Of a stretch of 64,000 nt of DNA, positions 29,273-38,742 are shown one piece after another. The stretch covers positions 272,082 to 336,081 of the forward strand of contig JBBTCT010000009.1 in assembly GCA_038060895.1 (NCBI GenBank). The letters run 5' to 3'. The stretch is from Planctomycetota bacterium. GTDB taxonomy: Bacteria; Planctomycetota; MHYJ01; WSZJ01. Both the position numbers and the translations under genes were made by a program. Every line of letters begins with the position of its first letter. Position 1 is the first letter of the stretch. The notes under the pieces are model-generated. The model was not told the DNA's origin. It ran no database searches and saw only the letters and a program-made list of their open reading frames with translations.

Positions 29273-30423
29273 TGCTCCGGCTCATCTGGAAGAACGCGTG
29301 GCGCAGCAAGCGCAGGACCGTGCTCACGGTGCTGTCGGTCGCGGTGTCGCTGTTCCTTCTCTGCACCATGCTCTGCTACCTCTCCTCGGGCGACACGCAG
29401 CTCGAAAACGCCGGCGCTTCGATGCGCGTCGTGACGCGCCACCAGACGTCGCTGACGTTCTTTCTTCCCGAGGCGTACACGCAGAAAATTGCAAACGTGC
29501 CGCACGTGACGACGGTGCAGGGGTGCGTGTGGTGGGGAGGCCAGGTGGAAGGGAAGGAAATGAGCCTCTTCATGAGCACGATCGCCGCGGACCTTGAGCC
29601 TACGGAGGCCATGTGGGACGACTATAAATTCGAGCCGGGCGTGATCGACAAGATGCGCGGTGAGGTTCGCGGGGCGGTGATCGCCAGGCGCCTGCTGGCG
29701 CGGTGCCAGGAGCAGTGCGGCGACAGCTGGCAGATCGGCAAGACGGTGACCATCAAGTCGCCGATCTTCAAGCACACAATCGACCTTGTGCTGCTGGGGA
29801 CGTGCGAAGGGCCCGACGAGAGCATTCTGATCTTCCGGAGGGACTACCTGGAGAAGGTAAGGGACAACCCGGGGCAGATCGGCTATTTCTGGGCCAGGGT
29901 CGACAAGGCCGAGAACATCCCTGGCGTGTGCCGTGACGTCGACGCGCTTTTTGCCAATTCTGAAAACGAGACGAAAACGGAAACCGAGAAGGCGTTCATG
30001 CAGAGCTTCATGTCGATGATGGGGAACATCCAGGACCTCGTGCGGAACATCGGCCTGGCAATCGTCATGATGATCCTCATGGTCGCGGCCAACACCATGG
30101 CGATGGTCGCGCGCGAACGCACGACGGAACACGCGGTCATGCGCTGCCTCGGGTTCACCCGCGGCCGCATCGCGATGCTCTTCGTCTCGGAAAGCGTCCT
30201 GATCAGCCTGCTCGGCGCCGTCGTCGGAGTCGGTGGCGCCATCCTTCTCTGGAGGCCGGGCAAATTCGACCTCGGCGGCATGGCGCCCTTCTTCCAGATG
30301 ACCCCGGGCACCACGCTCATCGGCCTCCTCGTCGCCCTCGGCGTCGGGCTGGTCGCAGGCGCCGCACCGGCGATCGCCGCGGCGCGTCGAAGCGTCGTCG
30401 ACGGCCTGAGGAGGGTTGACTAG
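29272..30423 (+). CDS. MacB/FtsX-like ABC permease
   Basis: KNAWRSKRRTVLT, NTMAMVARERTTEHAVMRCLGF. Confidence 0.88.
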   Translation: MLRLIWKNAWRSKRRTVLTVLSVAVSLFLLCTMLCYLSSGDTQLENAGASMRVVTRHQTSLTFFLPEAYTQKIANVPHVTTVQGCVWWGGQVEGKEMSLFMSTIAADLEPTEAMWDDYKFEPGVIDKMRGEVRGAVIARRLLARCQEQCGDSWQIGKTVTIKSPIFKHTIDLVLLGTCEGPDESILIFRRDYLEKVRDNPGQIGYFWARVDKAENIPGVCRDVDALFANSENETKTETEKAFMQSFMSMMGNIQDLVRNIGLAIVMMILMVAANTMAMVARERTTEHAVMRCLGFTRGRIAMLFVSESVLISLLGAVVGVGGAILLWRPGKFDLGGMAPFFQMTPGTTLIGLLVALGVGLVAGAAPAIAAARRSVVDGLRRVD

Positions 30424-31584
30424 GTGGGACTGATCCTCAAATACAACTTCCGAAACCTGTTCGTCCGTCGCGTCTCCACGCTCATGACGCTCGCCGGCGT
30501 CGCCATGGTCGTCGCCGTGTTCCTCGTGCTCATGGCCCTCGCCCAGGGCATCCTCTCCATCGGCGAGTCGACCGGGGATCCGCTCCAGGTCATCGTGCTC
30601 CAGAAAGGCACCAACGCGGAAACCTCCAGCGGGATTTCCGACGCGGCCGCGGACCAGGCCGAGAACGTCACGCTCCTTCCCCGCGACACGCAGGGACCCA
30701 TCGTTTCCCGCGACCTGTTCGTGGTCATCATGCTTCCGCGTCCCGACGGCGGCGCCCCCGCCAACCTGGTCGTCCGCGGCGTCACCGGCCGGGCGTTCGA
30801 TATCCGGCCGGAAGTGAAAGTCGACGGAGGGAAGCGGCCGCAGGGGAGCGACATCGTCGTCGCGCGACCGCTGGCGAAGCGATTCGCGCATCTGAACGTC
30901 GGCGACAAAGTGCATTTCGGGAAGCGCGACTGGAACGTGATCGCGCATTTCGACGCCGATGGACAGGCGTGGGAATCGGAAATCTGGGCCGACCTGCCCG
31001 AGATCCAGGCGGATGCCCACCGCGGAAGCACGGTCAGTTCTCTCTACGTCCGGCTGTCGCGGCCGGAAGACCTGGCCACGCTGAACGCCGAACTGGAAAA
31101 GTCGTCGGAGACGAAAGGACTTAAGGCTACGACGGTGCGCGAGTATTTCGCGGGACAGACGGGCACCGCGGGAATGCTCAAGGTCGTCGGCAGCGTCATC
31201 ACCTTTCTCCTCTCCCTCGGCGCAGGCCTCGGCGCGATGAACACCATGTACGCCGCCATCGGCAACCGCTCCCGCGAAATCGGCACTCTTCGCGCCCTTG
31301 GCTTCGGGCGCAGGACGATCCTGGTGTCCTTCCTCTTCGAGTCATCGCTCATCGGTCTCGCCGGCGGCGTCCTCGGCTGCCTCATAGCTCTTCCCGTCAA
31401 CGGCCTTCAGACCGGCACCATGAACTGGGTGTCGTTCACGGAGACCGCGTTCAGTTTCAGGATCACGCCCGGGATGCTTCTCATCGGTCTCGCGATCGGC
31501 GGCTTTGTCGGCGCCGTCGGCGGTTTCCTGCCGGCGCTCGCGGCCGCGCGCAGGCCGATCCTGGACAGTTTGAGGGCTCACTAG
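30424..31584 (+). CDS. MacB/FtsX-like ABC permease
   Basis: YNFRNLFVRR, NTMYAAIGNRSREIGTLRALGF. Confidence 0.88.
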   Translation: MGLILKYNFRNLFVRRVSTLMTLAGVAMVVAVFLVLMALAQGILSIGESTGDPLQVIVLQKGTNAETSSGISDAAADQAENVTLLPRDTQGPIVSRDLFVVIMLPRPDGGAPANLVVRGVTGRAFDIRPEVKVDGGKRPQGSDIVVARPLAKRFAHLNVGDKVHFGKRDWNVIAHFDADGQAWESEIWADLPEIQADAHRGSTVSSLYVRLSRPEDLATLNAELEKSSETKGLKATTVREYFAGQTGTAGMLKVVGSVITFLLSLGAGLGAMNTMYAAIGNRSREIGTLRALGFGRRTILVSFLFESSLIGLAGGVLGCLIALPVNGLQTGTMNWVSFTETAFSFRITPGMLLIGLAIGGFVGAVGGFLPALAAARRPILDSLRAH

Positions 31585-31586
31585 GG

Positions 31587-32885
31587 GTGATGCGCGATTG
31601 CGTCATCATTGGCGGAGGCCCGGCCGGAAGCGCCGCCGCGACGGTCCTGGGCCGCGCCGGGCGGAGCGTCCTGGTTCTCGAAGCCGCCCGCTTCCCGCGC
31701 TTCCATGTCGGCGAGTCCATCGTCCCGGCGACGACAGGCCTCTGGAAGTCGATCGGGCTCTGGGAAAAGCTCCAGTCCACCGCCTTCGCCCGCAAAGGCG
31801 GCGCAGATTTCCTGATCGCGGACGGCTCGAAGGAAGAGAAATTCTGGTTCGCGCGCTACCTGGACGAGAGGTTTCATCGCGTCCTCCAGGTGGACCGTTC
31901 GCAGTTCGATACGATCGCGCTGGAGCACGCGCGCGCGAGCGGCGCGGAGGTGCTGGAGGGATGCCGGGTGACGGACGTCGCATTCCTGGAGCCCGGATTC
32001 GAAGTCGCCTGGAAGGACGAGGCCGGCGCGGTCCGGAGCGAGCGGGCGAAATCGCTTCTCGACTGCTCCGGGATGAAATGCCTGCTCGGGAAAAAACTCG
32101 GGCTCCGCAAGGCCATTCCCGGAATGACGAAGGTCGCGATCTTCGCACACTACGAAAACGTCGTGCTTCCGGAAGCGGACAGGGCCGGCAATACCGAGAT
32201 CGTCGCGGCGGAGGATGCCTGGTTCTGGCTGATCCCGATGACGATCGAACCCGGCGGCCGCAACACGTGCAGCGTCGGCGTCGTGATCGACCGCGCGATC
32301 CGGGACGGATGGCGCGGAGAACCGCTGGACCTGATGGAGCAGCTCTTCGACGCATCTTCCGTCGTGCGCGAGCGCCTCGCGCCGGCGAGGCGATTGACGC
32401 CGGCTCACGTCGAAGCCGATTTCTCATACCGTTGCGATCCCGGCTTCGGGACGGGCTGGTCGCTCATCGGCGACGCGGCCGCGTTCCTCGACCCGATCTT
32501 CTCGACCGGGTTCTTTCTCTCGCAGAGGCACGCCGTCGAGGCCGCCGAGTCCATCGTGCGGGCACTTTCGAAACGCGATCGAGTCACCGCTGCGGATCTC
32601 GCCCGGCCTGCGAAGAATCTGTTCCAGAGCGTCGGCACCTACACGCGTTTCGTCCGCGCCTTCTACACCCAGGCGTGGTACGACATTTTCCTCTCCGACG
32701 CGAAGAGCCCGAGAGTCCGCAAGGCGGTTGTTCGAGTGCTTGCCGGCGACGTCTCGGGCATGAATTTCTACCTGTGGACGTTCTTCGCGATCCTGTGGGC
32801 CCAGAAGAAGTGGGGAATCCAGCCGGTCGTGAAGCGGCCGCGCGTCACGGACGCCCTTGAACTTCACTCGCCTGCGCGATCCTGA
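31587..32885 (+). CDS. FAD-dependent oxidoreductase, halogenase-like
   Basis: IGGGPAG, FPRFHVGES, FARKGGA, VDRSQFD, WFWLIP, GDAAAFLDPIFSTG. Confidence 0.85.
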   Translation: MMRDCVIIGGGPAGSAAATVLGRAGRSVLVLEAARFPRFHVGESIVPATTGLWKSIGLWEKLQSTAFARKGGADFLIADGSKEEKFWFARYLDERFHRVLQVDRSQFDTIALEHARASGAEVLEGCRVTDVAFLEPGFEVAWKDEAGAVRSERAKSLLDCSGMKCLLGKKLGLRKAIPGMTKVAIFAHYENVVLPEADRAGNTEIVAAEDAWFWLIPMTIEPGGRNTCSVGVVIDRAIRDGWRGEPLDLMEQLFDASSVVRERLAPARRLTPAHVEADFSYRCDPGFGTGWSLIGDAAAFLDPIFSTGFFLSQRHAVEAAESIVRALSKRDRVTAADLARPAKNLFQSVGTYTRFVRAFYTQAWYDIFLSDAKSPRVRKAVVRVLAGDVSGMNFYLWTFFAILWAQKKWGIQPVVKRPRVTDALELHSPARS

Positions 32886-34066
32886 CTCACCCGGGGCTCC
32901 TTCGACACGCGCGCCGCCCTGCGCTTCAGCCCTTCGAGCAGCAGTGAAGGCGTGTCCTTCGCGATCGTCACCGGCCCTTCCACTTCCGGGCCCACCATGA
33001 ATTCAAATCGCCCCTTCGACTGAAGCAGCGCCTCGTAGAAGACTTCTTCGCCCAGTTCCCCGTTCGCCTCGGCATGCCGGATCGAGCCTGCCGTGAACTG
33101 AATGTAGTACGTCCGGTCCGGGGTTTGCAGCCGCAGCACTCCCGTCTTTCTCGCGCCGTGCAGGATGCCCATCAGGTCCCCGACCGGAAGGGACTCCACC
33201 TCTCCCGCAAGGCCGCGCTCGACGGCCTTGCGGTCGTCCGCCTTCTGGAAACGACGCGCCCGCTCGGTTGCGATGTTGCGAAACGAGTAGAAAAGGACCG
33301 GGTGGCGTTTTCGTAAATCGTCAACCGTTGCGGCCACTTGCGTCGAGAGCCAGACTTCGCCTTCGGCGCGCAGCGTCAGGGCCGTGAACGGGAAGCCGCC
33401 GAAGGTCGCTTCGGCCAGAAACTGTCCCGGTCCGAGGCGGTACTCGAGCTCGATCCCGTCGGCCCGGATTTCCGACACCATGACGCTTCCGGATTCGATC
33501 CAGTGAAGCGGAGCTCCGGCGTGGAGCTCCATGGTGCCGCCCGGTTTCAGGTACGCGGACTTTGCGCCTTTCCGGAGCTCGGACTCGGCCGCGCCCATCG
33601 CTGCCGCAGGCAGCTGTACCCGGGCGGGCGGTTCGTTCGCGAGGATGCGGAATCGAGTCGTCGGCGAAGGCGCCCGCTTCCGGTTTGCAATCGCCTTCTT
33701 TTCAATCTCGACCAGCGCCTGCAGGAGCATTTCGGGATCGACGGGCTGCGGCATGTACTGGGTTGCCCCGCAGGATTTCGCGGCCTTCTCCTGCGCGGGG
33801 GTTGGCGGTCCGACGGCGATGAAGCCGATGTGCGCGAAGCCCGGGACCGCGCGCAGTTGCTGGATGAGGTCGCTGGCGCCGACGGTCGCCTGTTCCCACT
33901 CGCAGACGATGGCATCGACGTTGAATTCTTCGCGACGCAGGAGTTCCATTGCCGCGTGGCCGTTTCCGGCTTCCAGCACGTTTTCGGACGCGTGACCGCC
34001 GTCCGCGAGCCACCCGCGGACCTTCTTTCTGAACGAAGCGAGCTTGTCGACGACCAGGATGCGCAT
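32864..34066 (-). CDS. Pseudo-receiver + cNMP-binding-like + DUF4388 protein (paralog 3)
   Basis: MRILVVD receiver start; WIESGSV...GPGQFLAE; GEVESLPVGDLMGILHGARKTGVLRL. Confidence 0.72.
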   Translation of the reverse strand: MRILVVDKLASFRKKVRGWLADGGHASENVLEAGNGHAAMELLRREEFNVDAIVCEWEQATVGASDLIQQLRAVPGFAHIGFIAVGPPTPAQEKAAKSCGATQYMPQPVDPEMLLQALVEIEKKAIANRKRAPSPTTRFRILANEPPARVQLPAAAMGAAESELRKGAKSAYLKPGGTMELHAGAPLHWIESGSVMVSEIRADGIELEYRLGPGQFLAEATFGGFPFTALTLRAEGEVWLSTQVAATVDDLRKRHPVLFYSFRNIATERARRFQKADDRKAVERGLAGEVESLPVGDLMGILHGARKTGVLRLQTPDRTYYIQFTAGSIRHAEANGELGEEVFYEALLQSKGRFEFMVGPEVEGPVTIAKDTPSLLLEGLKRRAARVSKEPRVSQDRAGE

Positions 34067-34217
34067 GTCCGACCCCCAGGTGCCAGGCCCGTCGCCGAAT
34101 AGCATGAATGAACGGCGGCTTCGAGCTGTCGATGCGCCGCTATCGTCGCACACGGATCAAGGTCGAACAAGCGAAGCGGTTGCCTCGCAAGCACCCCGCG
34201 GCATTCATTTCGCCGCT

Positions 34218-35471
34218 TCAAGCATCCGGCGGAATGCCTTCGTCGCGCCTCTTGAGTCCCTGCATGATCACGAAGTTCGCGTCGCCCAGCACGGAGTGAG
34301 GGCCCTGCAGGTTGGCCTGGGGGCTGAAGGAGAACCGGCCGCCGGCCCAGGTGCAGATTCGGAAGATGACGGCGTCGCCCTGGCGGCTGCCGCACTCCGC
34401 GTGCTTGAGAACGCCCGCGTAGAGGTGGAGCAGGGCGCTCTCGCCGGCGCTGTCGACGCGGAGGATCCCGGTTTTCTTCGTCGCGACCATCATCTGGATC
34501 AGGTCGGGGAACGAAAGCGACTCGAGGGACCCGTTCATCCCGCCCGCGGCCGATTCGTCGGGCATGTCTCCCACGGCATTGTTGCGGTGGCGCTCGGTCG
34601 TGATCGTCTTGAAATAGTGGGTCAGGATCGGCAGCCGTTGCATCGTCTGGGCGACCGCCTCGGCCTCCTGCCACCCGAGAATCGTCAGCGGTGACTCCGT
34701 CACGGCGCGCAGCTCAAGGAGCTTCTCTCCCACGAACGCCGCCTCGCCGAAAAACCGCCCTGGCGTCGCCCGGTATTCGACAACAGTTCCGTCTTCCCGC
34801 GTTTCGCGGACGAAGATCGTCCCCTGCTCCACCCAGTACAGCCTGTTGAGAAACGCCCCGGCCGCGATTACGGCGCCCAGCTTGCTGTACTTGCCGAGTT
34901 TTCCGGCCGAGCGAAGTTCCTGCGCAATCGTCGATGACAGCTTCGTTGACTGCGGCCGCTGCGAGGCCGCTTCCTGAAACCTCCGCCGCGTGTCGTCGGT
35001 GCGCGGCTTGAGCGTGCGCTGGACCGCCGAGAGCGCGCTCAGAAGCGTGACCGGGGTCACCGGCTTCACCAGGACCTCGTTCGCCCCGACGCTCCTTGCT
35101 TCGCGGAGCGCCGCCGGATCGTTACCGCACATCGCGATGAACCCGACGCGCGCCGTCTCAGGTTTCGAACGAAGCTGCTGCAGGAGTTCCACCGCGTTCA
35201 CGGACTCGTCGTCAAATTCGGCGACAACGACGTCGATGTTGAACTGCTCGTGCACGATCAGTTCCAGCGACTCTTCGCCCGTCGAGGCCTCAAGAACGTC
35301 GTCGGCCTTTGCGCCAATCTCGGTGATCCAGCCCTTCATCTTCGCTCGCCACGAGGCCAGGTTGTCCACGAGGAGGACACGCAGAAGCGCAACCGCCGGC
35401 TTGTTGATCTGCGGCGAATCGCTCACTCGCGGCTTCCCCGGTTTCCAGTGGCGCGGCGGCAGGTCGCTCAT
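34218..35471 (-). CDS. Pseudo-receiver + cNMP-binding-like + DUF4388 protein (paralog 2)
   Basis: RVLLVDN; WVEQGTI...PGRFFGE; GSLESLSFPDLIQMMVATKKTGILRV. Confidence 0.75.
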   Translation of the reverse strand: MSDLPPRHWKPGKPRVSDSPQINKPAVALLRVLLVDNLASWRAKMKGWITEIGAKADDVLEASTGEESLELIVHEQFNIDVVVAEFDDESVNAVELLQQLRSKPETARVGFIAMCGNDPAALREARSVGANEVLVKPVTPVTLLSALSAVQRTLKPRTDDTRRRFQEAASQRPQSTKLSSTIAQELRSAGKLGKYSKLGAVIAAGAFLNRLYWVEQGTIFVRETREDGTVVEYRATPGRFFGEAAFVGEKLLELRAVTESPLTILGWQEAEAVAQTMQRLPILTHYFKTITTERHRNNAVGDMPDESAAGGMNGSLESLSFPDLIQMMVATKKTGILRVDSAGESALLHLYAGVLKHAECGSRQGDAVIFRICTWAGGRFSFSPQANLQGPHSVLGDANFVIMQGLKRRDEGIPPDA

Positions 35472-36628
35472 CGCACCAGCTTCCGCGCGAGCCGCTGCGC
35501 CCCGCGCATGATCAGGCCTGCCGTGTCGACCGTGACGCTTCGAGCGCCCGGAATCTCCGGGCCGACGTAGAACTCGAAGGAGCCTGAATCGCGTGACATG
35601 GCGCGGTCGACGATCGTTTCTCCCACGAGCCCCAGTCCCTCGGCGTGGACAATCCGCCCTTCCACAAACTGCACGAACAGCATTCCTTCGCGCCCGTCGA
35701 GACGAAGAACTCCCGTCCGCTTGGCGCCGTGAAGAACCTGAAACAGGTCGAGCACAGGGAGGCTCTCCACCGTCCCTGACAGTCCTTTTTCGGCAGATTG
35801 GCCGGTCCGGGAATAGAGACTGAGACGAAGCGTCGAGAGGTTGCGAAGGTAATAGAACAGGAAGGGGCTCGCGGCGATCGCCCGGCGGACTGTGTCCGCA
35901 TCCTGGGAGCAGAGCCAGGAATCGCTTTCGGCGACGGCATCAAAGGAACGATACGAAGCGCCGCCGAAGGGAGCTTCGGCGAAGAACTCCTCCGGACCGG
36001 CCCTGTACGACGCTTCTGCTCCGCCGTCGCGAGTCTCGCGGATCCCGATCGTGCCGCGTTCAACCCACCACAGTCGTGTTCCCATCGGCGCCACGGGGAC
36101 GTGCGTGCCGGCGTGAATCTCCGCGTGCCGCGCATTGCGCCGAAGCGCTTCCCAGAGTTCCGGGGACAGCGGTGCGGGTTTCTCCGATGGCGCATCGACA
36201 GCGAGCATCCGGAAGCGCGCGGTATTGGAGGCTCCGGCGGCCGGCTTCGCCTGCGCGCGGCGCTTCTCGAGCGCCACGAGCTTCTGCATCAGCAGTTCGG
36301 GCCGGATCGGGTGGCCGATGGCGTCGGCGGCGCCCTCGGACAGCGCTTTCTCCCGTGCGCGCGAGTCGAAATCGCCGTGAGCAAGGAAATCGACGGCGGC
36401 GCCGGCCAGCCTGCGGACTTCGCGCGCAAGGGATGCCCCATCGACCCTCAGGTCCAGCCAGTCGCAGAGGACGACGTCGATCGAGAAGTCCAGCTGGCGC
36501 AGAAGCTCAAGGGCGGCGACGCCGTCCTCGCATTCGAGGACATTCGCCGCGGAGTACCCGCCCTGGACGAGCCAGCCGCGGAGTTTCTGCCGCTGTCCCC
36601 ACACTTTATCGACGATGAGAAGGCGCAC
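35468..36628 (-). CDS. Receiver-like + cNMP-binding-like + DUF4388 protein (paralog 1)
   Basis: MRLLIVD; WVERGTI...GPEEFFAE; GTVESLPVLDLFQVLHGAKRTGVLRL. Confidence 0.72.
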   Translation of the reverse strand: MRLLIVDKVWGQRQKLRGWLVQGGYSAANVLECEDGVAALELLRQLDFSIDVVLCDWLDLRVDGASLAREVRRLAGAAVDFLAHGDFDSRAREKALSEGAADAIGHPIRPELLMQKLVALEKRRAQAKPAAGASNTARFRMLAVDAPSEKPAPLSPELWEALRRNARHAEIHAGTHVPVAPMGTRLWWVERGTIGIRETRDGGAEASYRAGPEEFFAEAPFGGASYRSFDAVAESDSWLCSQDADTVRRAIAASPFLFYYLRNLSTLRLSLYSRTGQSAEKGLSGTVESLPVLDLFQVLHGAKRTGVLRLDGREGMLFVQFVEGRIVHAEGLGLVGETIVDRAMSRDSGSFEFYVGPEIPGARSVTVDTAGLIMRGAQRLARKLVR

Positions 36629-36691
36629 GATGCAGGGAATGATGTCACATCCATGGCAAGTGAGACAAGTCCCGCCACTCGGTCCGGGCGC

Positions 36692-37597
36692 CTAGACCCG
36701 GACCGCCCACCTCATCCTCGCCGACCAGCTCCGACGGTTTGCTCCCTCTTCTTCCTCCGAAGGCCGGACCGCATCGGCCGAAATCTCCGAGTACAGGCCC
36801 CGAGCGTGACCTTCCTTGAAACTCGTCTTCACGAGGCGGTCTTCGCCGCTGTGGAACGAGATGATCGCCGCGCGTCCTCCGGGGCGAAGGCAGGAGGGAA
36901 GGAAGGCGAGAAGAGCCTGGAGATTCTCGAGCTCGCGATTCACGATCATCCGCACGGCCTGGAACGCGAGCGCCGCAGGATGGAGCCGGCCCCATCCCCG
37001 CTTCGGCACCACGATTCCCTTGGCCTGGCAGACGAGCGAGACCAGACGCGCCGTGGTGTCCACGGGACGCTGCACGCGCGCCGTTGCGATCGTCCGCGCA
37101 ATCGCGACAGCGTCGGGTTCGTCCCCGAGTTCCCGGAGCGCCTGGGCGAGCCGCGCCTCGGGAATCTCCGCCAGCACGTCCGCGGCCGTCTTCCCGCGCG
37201 TCGGGTCCATCCTCATGTCCAGTTTCGCGGGCCGGATGAACGAAAACCCGCGCTTCGCCCGGTCGATCTGCGTCGAAGAGACGCCCAGGTCCGCGACGAG
37301 GGCGTCCACTCCGGTAAGACTGAGCGAGGCAAGCGCGGTCGCGAGTCCGGCGAAGTTCGCGTGAATGAGATCGAAGCGCAGTTTCGTCTTCGCAAGTTCG
37401 GATTGAGCCTCGGCCAGGTTTTCCGGATCGAGGTCGAGACCGATCAGCCGGCCGTTTTTCCCGGCGGCTTTGAGAAGCGGGACCGCGTGGCCCCCGACTC
37501 CGACCGTGACGTCGGCCACGACGTCGCCGCGCTTCACTTTCAGCGCCTCGCGCACTTCTTCGAGGAGGACCGGCACATGAAGTGATTCGGTTTTCAC
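36692..37597 (-). CDS. rsmH: 16S rRNA m4C1402 methyltransferase
   Basis: HVPVLLEEV, DVTVGVGGH, DLGVSSTQID, RGFSF, LDMRMD, ISFHSGEDR; GTG start overlaps the upstream TGA. Confidence 0.95.
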   Translation of the reverse strand: MKTESLHVPVLLEEVREALKVKRGDVVADVTVGVGGHAVPLLKAAGKNGRLIGLDLDPENLAEAQSELAKTKLRFDLIHANFAGLATALASLSLTGVDALVADLGVSSTQIDRAKRGFSFIRPAKLDMRMDPTRGKTAADVLAEIPEARLAQALRELGDEPDAVAIARTIATARVQRPVDTTARLVSLVCQAKGIVVPKRGWGRLHPAALAFQAVRMIVNRELENLQALLAFLPSCLRPGGRAAIISFHSGEDRLVKTSFKEGHARGLYSEISADAVRPSEEEEGANRRSWSARMRWAVRV

Positions 37598-38742
37598 GGG
37601 CGGCAGCGAAGAAGGGTCATGAGGGCGAACGCGGTGCCGTAGGGCTTGTGGAAGTCCCAGATCGCGTTGTAATCCCACCAGCAACCGTCGTCTTCCTGGT
37701 GTTTGCGGATGACGTCGCTGAGCTTCGCGGCGAACGGCGCGCGCTCCGCAGCGGGGAGGCGGGCGAGAAGCCGGGCGGCGTAATAGTGGCCGTAATAGTA
37801 AAAGTACCCGCTGACCGCGTAATAGGCCTCGTGGGGGACCGGGCGCTTGCGGCCGCACTCCAGGAAGCCCTGCAGCTTGAAAAGGTCGTCCAGCCCGCGG
37901 CGCGCATCGTCGAGCGAGACCTTGGGCGAGTTCCATGCGAGTAACGCCTCGTTGCAGCACTGCGTCCTGCCGATGCTGCCCTGGGGCAGGTTGACCGGAT
38001 GAAGCGGCCGGTAGCGGTGGCCCCACGCATAGAGGTACGCGTTGTTCCCCAGGCGGCACTTCTCCACGATGCGCACGCACGGTTTGATGAGAACGTCCGG
38101 CACCGGGATTCCGGCATCGACGGCGTCTCGGAATGCGACGAGTCCCGACGCCGTCGTGAAACTCGTCGGCGGATACCCCGGTGTCTGAGAGCGCGTCGCG
38201 AAGTCGTAGTACATCCAGCCGCCGTAGGCGCTCTGGTATCTCTTCAGGAGATCAATGTGCCCGGCAGCCGCTTCGCGCAGCTTCGCGGCCCAGGCAGGAT
38301 CGACTTCCTGTCGGGCGGCGAGCGCCAGCGCCTGGACTGCGTAGAGATCGCCCCAGACGTTGTAGATTTCGTCCTGGTCCCCGCGGCGCAACTTCACGGA
38401 CTCCTCCACCAGCCACTTCTCCGCCTTCCGGGCGGCCTCCATCGAAGCGGGGGAGCCCTCTTCCCGGAGAGCCAGCGCGCATAGCCCGGTCGTCCCGACC
38501 TTGAACGCGAACTGGGCGCTCGGAATGCTCCCGTAAATGTCGTATCCCCATGTCACGCAACCTGTTCCCCAGTACCCGCCCGGCTTCTGGTTCGCGATGA
38601 GCCAGCGGGCGCCGTCGGCGATCGCGGACTCCAGGGGGCGGGAGCGCACCGGAAGTTCGTCGGGGGGGACGGGCTGCGGCGGAGGTGGGGCAGAGCATCC
38701 CGCGGCGAATGCGAGCAGGACCGCGATCGCGGGGCGCTTCAT
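37594..38742 (-). CDS. Prenyltransferase/squalene-oxidase-repeat (alpha/alpha barrel) lipoprotein
   Basis: Lipobox FAAGC; QKPGGYW, YGGWMYY, HQEDDGCWWD (QW-like repeats). Confidence 0.75.
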   Translation of the reverse strand: MKRPAIAVLLAFAAGCSAPPPPQPVPPDELPVRSRPLESAIADGARWLIANQKPGGYWGTGCVTWGYDIYGSIPSAQFAFKVGTTGLCALALREEGSPASMEAARKAEKWLVEESVKLRRGDQDEIYNVWGDLYAVQALALAARQEVDPAWAAKLREAAAGHIDLLKRYQSAYGGWMYYDFATRSQTPGYPPTSFTTASGLVAFRDAVDAGIPVPDVLIKPCVRIVEKCRLGNNAYLYAWGHRYRPLHPVNLPQGSIGRTQCCNEALLAWNSPKVSLDDARRGLDDLFKLQGFLECGRKRPVPHEAYYAVSGYFYYYGHYYAARLLARLPAAERAPFAAKLSDVIRKHQEDDGCWWDYNAIWDFHKPYGTAFALMTLLRCRP

